Positions 7,921-15,478 of a DNA stretch of 24,296 nt are shown one piece after another. A program made the position numbers and the translations under genes. The notes beneath the pieces were generated by a model. The model ran no database searches. It saw nothing but the letters and a program-made list of their open reading frames with translations, and was not told where the DNA came from. The stretch lies in the NCBI GenBank assembly GCA_016192455.1, contig JACPUC010000008.1, forward strand, positions 310,001 through 334,296, written 5' to 3'. Position 1 is the first letter of the stretch. Each line of letters begins with the position of its first letter. Origin of the DNA: Candidatus Tectimicrobiota bacterium. Lineage in GTDB: Bacteria > JACPUC01.

Positions 7921-7951
7921 GGGTTATCCACAGCGAGCCCGTGGATCACCC
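7921..7951. promoter_or_regulatory. Inverted repeat containing a perfect DnaA box
   Basis: GGGTTATCCAC-N9-GTGGATCACCC. TTATCCACA at 7924-7932 and an inverted 2-mismatch copy at 7940-7948. Confidence 0.5.
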
Positions 7952-7985
7952 GCTTCGTTCGACCATGACAGAGAAGGCGCTACCC

Positions 7986-8402
7986 ATGGACATCGGTTCA
8001 TTCATTCGCATGCACAGGAAACGACTCGACTTGACGCAGGAAGATATCGCCCGGGCGCTCGGCTACGACAACTACCAGATGATCTCCAATATCGAGCGCG
8101 GCATCGCCTCGCTGCCAAAGTTCAAGGTGCCGAAACTCGCTGAAATCCTGCAGGTGGCGGAGGCGGACATCCTGGACACCAGCTTCAAGGGACGGAAGCT
8201 CGGTGAGAACCGCGATATCCGGGTGCTCTTCGAGCGCGGCATGAACCAGCGCAAGTCAGCCATGTCCGTCGTGATTGACAAGGAGGATGAACCCGAGTTA
8301 TACCGCATTATCACCAGGGTGCGAAACTCGAAGGTGCGGGACAAGTTCATCTCCATCGCCAATACCCTGCTTGACCTTGAACCGGAAGAGCGGCAGAACT
8401 AG
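7986..8402 (+). CDS. XRE-family HTH transcriptional regulator (XRE-B; ImmR/DdrO/CapH-like role inferred)
   Basis: MDIGSFIRMHRKRLDLTQEDIARALGYDNYQMISNIERGIASLP; ATG 7986 follows GAGAAGG (alternative ATG at 7965); directly upstream of the ImmA/IrrE gene. Confidence 0.9.
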   Translation: MDIGSFIRMHRKRLDLTQEDIARALGYDNYQMISNIERGIASLPKFKVPKLAEILQVAEADILDTSFKGRKLGENRDIRVLFERGMNQRKSAMSVVIDKEDEPELYRIITRVRNSKVRDKFISIANTLLDLEPEERQN

Positions 8403-8469
8403 CGCGCACGACGAGCGCTCGCGGACCTAGCCTACGGGGTGGGAGAGACGCCACCAAGGTAGTCGCCTG

Positions 8470-9039
8470 ATGTTGTCGCGCACGAACGAAATCATCAGAA
8501 GCGTCACCGAGATTCATCTCGCCACGCGCTTCACCGATCCGCCGTTCAGTGTGCGCGAGTTCTCGAAGTACTACCCCGCCTTTCAATTTCAGGCCTCCAC
8601 CGACCTGCCGGCCGGCATCGACGGCCAGCTCGTCGTGCAGGACGGGCGCAACTACGTCTTTTTTCGCAAGGGACAGTCGCACGTCCGTAACCGCTTCACG
8701 ATCTGTCACGAAGTCGGCCATGCCTTCCTGCACGTCGAGGAGGAGGCATTCAAGTGCGATGCGGTGGAACATCGCGGCCGCGACTACTTCCTCCATCGTC
8801 CCATCAAGGAGCAGGAAGCCGACTTCTTCGCCGCGGAACTGCTCGTTCCACTCCCCATGCTGGATCGCTTCGTCCTCGATGATTTGAATACCGTGAAGGA
8901 GAAGGAACACCAAGAGCTTGTGCGGGTGCTGGCGGAGAAGTTCATGGTCTCCAAACCGTGCATGCAGCTCCGTCTGGAAGACCTCAACGACATTCGCCGC
9001 ACCACTGCTGGGCGGGGCGTCTATCTGAAGCGAGCGTAA
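8470..9039 (+). CDS. ImmA/IrrE family zinc metallo-endopeptidase
   Basis: RNRFTICHEVGH (HEXXH), EQEADFFAAELLVP, and C-terminal HTH-like LAEKFMVSKPCMQLRL. Confidence 0.93.
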   Translation: MLSRTNEIIRSVTEIHLATRFTDPPFSVREFSKYYPAFQFQASTDLPAGIDGQLVVQDGRNYVFFRKGQSHVRNRFTICHEVGHAFLHVEEEAFKCDAVEHRGRDYFLHRPIKEQEADFFAAELLVPLPMLDRFVLDDLNTVKEKEHQELVRVLAEKFMVSKPCMQLRLEDLNDIRRTTAGRGVYLKRA

Positions 9040-9215
9040 CGCCCGCGTCCCGCCGGCAGGGCGCGAGCTGCAACGGGGCGACCGGCGACCCCGCGGCTGC
9101 CTGCCGCCGGCGAGCTCCCGCCTTCGGCTTTACGGCGCCGGCATCCTGGCCGCGGCCCGTGGAGCACGCGGCTGCCGCGCCGCGCTTCACGGCACGCCCC
9201 CGGTCCCTCCTTCAG

Positions 9216-10394
9216 CTATTCCATCCTCCCGATCACTCCCTGCTCGATGAGGTCGGCGATCTCCCCCTCCTGGTAGCCGAGCTCGCGCAGCAAGCTCTCG
9301 GAATGCGCCCCGCGAGGCGGAGGCGGGGTGTCGGTTAGGCGTTGCGCCCCGGTGACGCGCAGGGGCGACCCCACCTGGATGGACCCCGGAACCACGTCCG
9401 CGCGCCCCATGCCGCGCGCCGCCACCTGCGGATCGGCAAGGACCTCGTCGAGCCGCCGCACCGACCCCCAGGCCACCTCCCGACCGGCCAGCAAGGCTTC
9501 CCATTCCGCCAGCGTGCGGCTGGCCATGAGCGCCTCGAGGCGCTCCCGCAGCTCCGGGTGCTCGTGCAGGGGGGTGAATTGCGCCTCAATGAGGTCGGGG
9601 CGCTCCACCAGGGTGCAGAAGGCGCGCCAGAACTTCTCCTCCAGGTTGCCCAGGGTGAGGAAGCGGCCGTCCTTGGTGCGATAGACGTTGTAGCAGGGGG
9701 CGCCGCCGGTGAAGTGTCCGCTTCCCCGCTGCGGCATCTCGCCGCTGGCGAGCAAGCGCTCGAGGTGGAACCCGAGCATGGCGACGACGCAATCGAGCAT
9801 GGCGACGTCGACGTAGCAGCCCCGCCCGGTGCGCTCCCGCTGCAGCAAGCCGATCAGCAAGCCGATGCAGGCCATCATGCCGCCGGCCAGGTCGGCGGTC
9901 AGCACGCCGGGGATAACGGGGGGGCCGTTGTGCGGGCCGTTCAAATCGAGGGCGCCGCCGAAGGCCATGTAGTTGACATCATGCCCCACCCAGGTGCGGT
10001 AGGGCCCCTCCTGCCCGTAGCCGCTGAGCGAGCAGTAGACGAGCTGCGGGTTCAGGCGATGCAGCTCCTCCACCCCAAGCCCAAGCTGGGCCATGACCCC
10101 GGGGCGGAACCCCTCCAGCAGCCCCTGCGCCGTCGCCGCCAGGCGCCGAAACGCCTCCCGTCCGGCCGGCGCCTTCAGATTGATCATCAGGCTCTTCTTG
10201 TTGCGATGCACCGAGTAGGGGGGGGCGAAGCCGCCCAGCTCAGGGCGCGGGGTGCGCAGAGGATTGGTGCCCTGGAGGTCTTCGATCATGATGACCTCGG
10301 CGCCATGGTCGGCGAGCAGCCAGGTGCCGAACGGACCCGGCAGGTGGCGGCAGAGATCGATGATTCGCAGACCGTTCAGCATCGAAAGCGGCAT
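9216..10394 (-). CDS. CaiB/BaiF family class III CoA-transferase (alpha-methylacyl-CoA racemase-like)
   Basis: LPGPFGTWLLADHGAEVI, RNKKSLMINLK, EGFRPGVM, SLSGYGQEGPY, GHDVNY, ADLAGG. Confidence 0.93.
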   Translation of the reverse strand: MPLSMLNGLRIIDLCRHLPGPFGTWLLADHGAEVIMIEDLQGTNPLRTPRPELGGFAPPYSVHRNKKSLMINLKAPAGREAFRRLAATAQGLLEGFRPGVMAQLGLGVEELHRLNPQLVYCSLSGYGQEGPYRTWVGHDVNYMAFGGALDLNGPHNGPPVIPGVLTADLAGGMMACIGLLIGLLQRERTGRGCYVDVAMLDCVVAMLGFHLERLLASGEMPQRGSGHFTGGAPCYNVYRTKDGRFLTLGNLEEKFWRAFCTLVERPDLIEAQFTPLHEHPELRERLEALMASRTLAEWEALLAGREVAWGSVRRLDEVLADPQVAARGMGRADVVPGSIQVGSPLRVTGAQRLTDTPPPPRGAHSESLLRELGYQEGEIADLIEQGVIGRME

Positions 10395-10587
10395 GGCATG
10401 CTCCCTCCGTCGTCATGGGGTGTCCGTCAGAAGGTTCAGGGGAACGCGGCGCATCTGGCATGGCGGCCCAACCCCGGCCCGTCGGCTGCGCGTTTGGCCC
10501 CGCGGCGACCTTGGCTGGGAGGCCCCGCCGCATCCTGCAAGCCGAGGAGCGCCACGGCCTCCGGCCCCGCCATCCCATCCCGGCGCG

Positions 10588-10617
10588 TTGACGGGCGTTG
10601 CCAAAGCCAACTATACC
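10588..10617 (+). promoter_or_regulatory. Candidate sigma70 promoter for the AIR-synthase-like gene
   Basis: TTGACG, 18 bp, TATACC, about 70 bp upstream of ATG 10689. Confidence 0.4.
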
Positions 10618-10688
10618 GTAGCGAAGGGGACGGGAGCGCTCGTTCGTTGCGCTGCCGCCATAAGGTTCTCCCCTTGCGAGTCGGGGCG

Positions 10689-11810
10689 ATGTCCGAACAC
10701 GCTCATCAGCATGCCGCTGACCAAAAGCAGCCCCTCGAGCCCGCCACCCCGCGGCGCCCACGGAACGCGCCGGCGACGCTTCGGCCCGGGAAGCTGCCGC
10801 CGCGGCTCTTGGAGCGTCTCCTCGAGGAGTGCCCCACGCGGGGCGCCGGGGTCATCCTCGGCCCAGCCTATGGCGAGGACGCCGCGGTGCTCGAATTCGG
10901 CGACCGCTGCCTGGTGGCCGCGGCGGACCCCGTGACGTTCGCCGCCGACGCGCTTGGCTACTACGCCGTGGTGGTGAACGCGAACGATATCGCCACGCGC
11001 GGCGCAACCCCCCGCTGGTTCCTCGCCACCGTGCTCCTCCCCGCCACAGCCACCGAGGAGCTCGCCCGCTCGATCTTCCAGGATATCGGCCGGGCCTGCC
11101 GGGAGCTCGGTGTGCTGCTCGTGGGCGGCCACTCCGAGGTGGTGGCGGAGCTGCCGCAGGCGATCGTCGCCGGCCACATGCTCGGCGAAGTCTCCAGGGC
11201 GAACCTGCGCACCACCGCGGCAGCCCGCGCGGGAGACCTTCTCCTGCTGACGAAATCGTTTCCTCTCGAGGGCGCCGCCATCCTGGCCCGCGACTTCAAG
11301 GATCGCCTGCCGGCCGGAGCCTATCGGCAGGAGGAGCTCGCCCAGGCGGCGGCAGCCCTCTTCGAGCCGGGCATCTGCGTGGTGCGCGACGCGGCGGCGG
11401 CCCTGAAGGCAGGCGGCGTGCACGCTCTCCACGACCCCACGGAAGGCGGCCTGGCGGAGGGCATCTGGGAGCTGGCGACCGCCGCCGGCCTCGGAGCAGA
11501 GGTACGGGCCGCCTCCCTGCCGCTGCTCCCCGTCGCCCAGCGCATGTGCGCCGATCTCGGCCTGGAGCCACTCGGCCTGATCGCCTCGGGGTCGCTGCTG
11601 CTTGCCGTTGCCCCGGAGTCGGCGGCGGACGTCCTGCGGTCACTGCGCGAGAGCAGGGTTTCCGCTTGCGCGATCGGCCGTCTCAGCGCCGAGCCGGGAG
11701 TCGTCCTCCTCACCACGGAGGATGGTTCGCAACGGCCTCTGCCGCGCTTCCCCGTCGATGAGCTCGCCAGGCTCATCGCCGGGAACGATCCCTTGACGCC
11801 ACATCCGTAA
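10689..11810 (+). CDS. AIR synthase-like (PurM/HypE/ThiL superfamily) protein
   Basis: GKLP, GEDAAV, DPVT, NANDIA, GGHSEV, HDPTEGGL, LGLIASGSLL. The upstream part of ORF 9342-11810 is antisense shadow of caiB. Confidence 0.88.
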   Translation: MSEHAHQHAADQKQPLEPATPRRPRNAPATLRPGKLPPRLLERLLEECPTRGAGVILGPAYGEDAAVLEFGDRCLVAAADPVTFAADALGYYAVVVNANDIATRGATPRWFLATVLLPATATEELARSIFQDIGRACRELGVLLVGGHSEVVAELPQAIVAGHMLGEVSRANLRTTAAARAGDLLLLTKSFPLEGAAILARDFKDRLPAGAYRQEELAQAAAALFEPGICVVRDAAAALKAGGVHALHDPTEGGLAEGIWELATAAGLGAEVRAASLPLLPVAQRMCADLGLEPLGLIASGSLLLAVAPESAADVLRSLRESRVSACAIGRLSAEPGVVLLTTEDGSQRPLPRFPVDELARLIAGNDPLTPHP

Positions 11811-11940
11811 TTACCTACCTTCCTCCTGTTCGCTGCCACGCGAGCCTCCCCGCGAAGAACCTGAGGGACCGCCTCGCCTCGCCGGCAGCCTTTCTCCGCA
11901 CCGCAACGTGATCTCCGCAGCCGGAGAGAAAGCATACCCC

Positions 11941-12357
11941 ATGAGCACACCGCAAGCTACCTTGCCAAGCATTGCACTGCTCAGCACGGACCTCTTCTTC
12001 GCCACGAAACTCCGCGCGGCGGCGGCGCGCCTCGAGCGGCCCCTGCGCGTGCTGGCGGACGCCGCCGAGCTCGGCGGGATGGAGCCTCCATGCCTTGTCC
12101 TCATTGACCTGGAGACGCCTGCTCTCGATATCGAGGCCTGCATTGAGGAGGCGCGACGGCACACCGGCACGGCTCCCCTCATCGCCTTCGGACGGCACAC
12201 CCACCGGGAGCAACTGGAGAGAGCCAAGGCCGCCGGCTGCGCCGAGGTGCTGACGCGCTCGGACTTCGTTGCGCAGCTTGGCGACATCCTGCGGCTGGCA
12301 GGCGCGGCGCCTTCCTCTCGTTCCGGAATGTCTGGGGAAAAGGCTTCTTCCTCGTAA
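11941..12357 (+). CDS. Stand-alone atypical receiver (CheY-like) domain protein
   Basis: Beta/alpha pattern LLSTDLFF...LVLIDLE...LIAFGRH...AKAAGCAEVLTRS. The conserved Lys position appears to be Arg. Confidence 0.7.
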   Translation: MSTPQATLPSIALLSTDLFFATKLRAAAARLERPLRVLADAAELGGMEPPCLVLIDLETPALDIEACIEEARRHTGTAPLIAFGRHTHREQLERAKAAGCAEVLTRSDFVAQLGDILRLAGAAPSSRSGMSGEKASSS

Positions 12358-12490
12358 CCCTGCGGGCGGGCCGAAGGCCGGAAAGGAGCTGGTGGCAGAG
12401 TAAGTGGCGCCCGAATGAGTGGGGCGAGAGCACCTTGCCCCCCTGGCTCTCCGCGCCCTTCTCGGACCCTCCCGCACCTCGCCGAGATCG

Positions 12491-12820
12491 TTACGCCGCC
12501 GGCAAGCCGCCGCGCTCCAGGAGGCGGGCAAGCTCATCGGCAACCTCGCCGCCGGGGCGGTCGGTTTCCAGGAGCTGGTGCGGCGCGAACCCGGCGCGCC
12601 GGGATGAGCCGGCGTCGGCGCGCAGCTCGACTGCCCGCGCGCCGGGCCGCGGCTCCGTGCTGACGCGCAGGTAGGCGCGGCAGAGGTTGGCGATCGTCGC
12701 TTCCTGCAGGAGGAGGGTCTCCCCCTGAAGTTGCAAGGCGGCGCGGATGTGCTGATGCCCGGTCGGCACGCCGACCAGGAGGCGCTCGATCTGCTCGTTG
12801 GCGATGGGACGGATGCTCAT
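12491..12820 (-). CDS. Hypothetical protein (109 aa)
   Basis: ATG 12820 follows purine-rich GGAAGAGAG; globular-looking composition (GHQHIR, LQEATIANLCRAY, HQLLE). Confidence 0.7.
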   Translation of the reverse strand: MSIRPIANEQIERLLVGVPTGHQHIRAALQLQGETLLLQEATIANLCRAYLRVSTEPRPGARAVELRADAGSSRRAGFAPHQLLETDRPGGEVADELARLLERGGLPAA

Positions 12821-13093
12821 GGCTCTCTTCCGGTTCTCCGGTCGCTCGCGGGCGCCACAGCTAGGGGGACGGCAACGGCGCAGTACGGCGGCGCGCAGGC
12901 CCTGCGGTGCCTCCAGGAGCAAAGGCGGCGCGGCACGTGATCCCCGGCCATGGCGCCCCCTTGGACGCCGTTCCCCGCGGTGGCTGCCTGGTGTTGCGCC
13001 GCGTAAGTTCCATCTTTAAGTCGACGGCTCCTTTGTGCCATGTGGGGAGAAGTTTGGGGGGGGGACCCCTTGCTCCCCCACACCTCCTGTTCC

Positions 13094-13121
13094 GTAGGGG
13101 TGGTTCGCGAACCGCCCCTAC
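13094..13121. repeat. GTAG-type REP palindrome
   Basis: GTAGGGGTGGTTCGCGAACCGCCCCTAC, a near-perfect 28-bp palindrome starting with GTAG. Confidence 0.8.
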
Positions 13122-13126
13122 CAGCC

Positions 13127-13146
13127 GGGGTGCGCGAGGGGGCGAG
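13127..13146 (-). repeat. 20-bp dispersed intergenic repeat, copy 2
   Basis: Reverse complement of 1937-1956; abuts the REP palindrome. Confidence 0.75.
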
Positions 13147-13342
13147 ACTTTCTTGCAAATCTCTGCGGTCCCATTTGAGAAACAGCACACGAGCCGCAGA
13201 CGTCCCCCGTGGGCTGCGGCGTTCGCGCCTTGCTGGGAAGACGGCTCTCATCGAGGAGAAGTTGGGGAGAAAGCTAGGGAGGAGCAGCAGGGAGGAGGGG
13301 CCGCGGCGCGCAGGAAGCAGGGGGGTTGCAACGTGGCAGGAA

Positions 13343-14215
13343 CTACTTCGCGTTCTCCTTGCCGCCGCTGCGCAGGTACCTGAGAAAAGGATCGTTGGCG
13401 GGCAGGACGACCGTGGCATTCTTCTTCAGCGTATTCCGGTAGGCTTCCAGCGAGCGCATGAAGGCGAAGAACTCGGCATCCTGCAAGTACGCCTCGGCGT
13501 AAATTGCCACCGCCTTGGCATCGCCGCCCCCGCGGACTTTCTGCTCTTGCTCGTAGGCGTCGGCGAGGATGATCGTCTTGTCCTTATCGGTCTCGGCGCG
13601 GATCTTGGCCGCCTCCTCCTCCCCCTCCGAGCGGTAGCGCTTCGCCTCGCGGATGCGCTCGGCGCGCATGCGTCCGAACACCGCGCGCTCGTTCTCCGGG
13701 GGGAGATCGGCGCGCTTGATGCGCACGTCGTTCACCTCGATGCCGTACGTTTCGCTCTTCTCCCTGCTGCGCTCGGTGACGAGGCGCATGATCTTGGCGC
13801 GCTGCGCCGAGATGATCTCCGAGAGATCATGGCGCGCCAGCTCCACGCGCAGCTCGGAGTACACGATGTCGTCGAGGCGCGCCTGCGCCCCCATCTCGTT
13901 GCGCACCGTTTCAATGAAGCGGCGGGGATCGCTGATGCGCCAGCGCACATAGTTGTCCACCACCAGGGTCTTCTTGTCTTTCGTGATGATGTTCGTCGGC
14001 GCGCTCTCGTACTCCATCAGCCGGCGATCCAGGATCGTGACCTTCTGGATCAAGGGAATCTTGACGTGCAGCCCCGCCTCCCGCAGCGCCCGGACGAAGC
14101 GCCCGAACTGGGTCACGACCGCCTGCTCCCGCTCGTCAACGCTGAACGTCACCGAGTTGACGAGCAGCAGCAGAATGATCACGATACTGATGATGATCCC
14201 TGGGCGTCGCAGCAT
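13343..14215 (-). CDS. hflC: FtsH protease modulator HflC
   Basis: N-terminal TM, SPFH domain; DKKTLVVDNYVRWRISDP, DVRIKRADLP, RMRAER, FFAFMRSLEAY. Confidence 0.96.
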   Translation of the reverse strand: MLRRPGIIISIVIILLLLVNSVTFSVDEREQAVVTQFGRFVRALREAGLHVKIPLIQKVTILDRRLMEYESAPTNIITKDKKTLVVDNYVRWRISDPRRFIETVRNEMGAQARLDDIVYSELRVELARHDLSEIISAQRAKIMRLVTERSREKSETYGIEVNDVRIKRADLPPENERAVFGRMRAERIREAKRYRSEGEEEAAKIRAETDKDKTIILADAYEQEQKVRGGGDAKAVAIYAEAYLQDAEFFAFMRSLEAYRNTLKKNATVVLPANDPFLRYLRSGGKENAK

Positions 14216-14235
14216 GGAAACCTCGACGGCAATCG

Positions 14236-15300
14236 TTACCGGGCCGCAGGCAGCCGCTTGTTGAGGGGCAGGAACTGCAGTAGGCTGCCGGCTGAATCAG
14301 ATTCCACGATAAACTTCTCCATGTCCGGCAGGATTTCTTCCATGGTTTCGAAGTAGAGCCGTTCGCGGGTGATGTCTTTCGCCTTCCGATACTCCGCCAG
14401 CACCTGGAGAAACCTCTGCGCATCGCCTCGCGCCCGCTTCTCCTTCTCGGCGGCATAGGCCTCCGCCTGCCGAACGATCTGGGCCGCGCCGCCGCGCGCT
14501 TTCGGCAGCAGGTCGTTCTGGTAGGCCTGCGCCTCGCGCATGAGCCGCTCCTTGTCCTCCCGCGCGCTCGCCACATCCTTGAAGGCTTCGGTAACCTGCT
14601 GCGGGGGATTAACGTCCTGGAGCTGCACGGCGACGACCTGGACACCCATCTTATAGCCCTCGAGGATGCCCTGGAGGAGCACCCGCGTGTCCTCCTGCAA
14701 CTGGAATTTCCCGGTGGTCAGCGCTTCGTCGATGTTGCGACCGCCGATCGTCTCGCGCATCGCCGATTCGGCGGCATCCCGCATGGTCTTGCCGACGTCG
14801 CGCACGTTGAAGAGGTAGTTGACGGCATCAGAGATGCGGTACTGAACAATGAAGTCCAGCTCGATGATGTTCTCATCGCCGGTGAGCATGAGGGATTCCG
14901 GCAACACATCCCGGTAGCGCGCCGGCGGCCCCTGGGCGATGGTGCGGAAGCCAAACTCCATGCGCTTGACTTCGGTCACCTTCGGGGTAAACACGCTCTC
15001 GAACGGCCATGGGAGGTGGTAGCGCAGTCCCGGCGCGGTGGTGGTCAAGTGCCTCCCAAAGCGCAACTCCACCCCCTGTTCATCAATGCTCACCTTGTAG
15101 ATGCCGCTGGCCAGCCAAAGGAGGATGGCAATCGCCAGGATGACCGAGCCGCCGGGTAACTTCAGGTTCCGCAGGTTCAGCTTCGGAATCTTGAACTCCG
15201 GCATTGAGAATGGATCACTCGGGCTAGGACGCACCCTGAAACCTCGCTTGCGGGAAACGCGCCTGGCGGCGGATGGCGGGGCCCACCTGCTCGGTGGCAT
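14236..15300 (-). CDS. hflK: FtsH protease modulator HflK (start uncertain: 15300, 15234 or 15204)
   Basis: GLRYHLPWPFE, ESLMLTGDENI, LQDVNPPQQVTEAFKDVASAREDKER, TRERLYFETME; directly upstream of hflC. Confidence 0.95.
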   Translation of the reverse strand: MPPSRWAPPSAARRVSRKRGFRVRPSPSDPFSMPEFKIPKLNLRNLKLPGGSVILAIAILLWLASGIYKVSIDEQGVELRFGRHLTTTAPGLRYHLPWPFESVFTPKVTEVKRMEFGFRTIAQGPPARYRDVLPESLMLTGDENIIELDFIVQYRISDAVNYLFNVRDVGKTMRDAAESAMRETIGGRNIDEALTTGKFQLQEDTRVLLQGILEGYKMGVQVVAVQLQDVNPPQQVTEAFKDVASAREDKERLMREAQAYQNDLLPKARGGAAQIVRQAEAYAAEKEKRARGDAQRFLQVLAEYRKAKDITRERLYFETMEEILPDMEKFIVESDSAGSLLQFLPLNKRLPAAR

Positions 15301-15409
15301 ACCCTCGGAACGTAGCGCCCCGAGCCTTGCCCCGGAGCCTTGCCGGGGACGCCAGAGCGGCGGGCCTGCGGAGTGTACCCATTGTTGCTGTGGAATCCGC
15401 AGCTTCTTT

Positions 15410-15434
15410 GCGGTAACTATAGCGGTAACTATAG
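15410..15434. repeat. Perfect 12-bp tandem direct repeat in the hflK/rarA divergent region
   Basis: GCGGTAACTATA twice, plus G. Confidence 0.8.
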
Positions 15435-15478
15435 AGGGCTACGGAGAGAAAGTCAAGCGAGGGAGGTAAGTCCGCGCC

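Noticed and set aside
7380-7951. Replication origin (AT-rich patch plus DnaA box)
   Set aside because: Only one perfect box, about 300 bp from the AT-rich patch, with no box cluster or origin-associated genes.
6294-9039. Prophage/ICE immunity region or CBASS-type defence locus
   Set aside because: No integrase, att/tRNA site, replication, structural or effector genes in the window; a decayed remnant cannot be excluded.
9342-10688. Apparent 822-aa fusion ORF ending in the AIR-synthase domain
   Set aside because: The N-terminal part is antisense to the CoA-transferase; the real gene starts near 10689.
15410-15434. Resemblance to the 23S rRNA / I-CeuI site (GTAACTATAACGGTCC)
   Set aside because: Only a short match with no flanking rRNA similarity.
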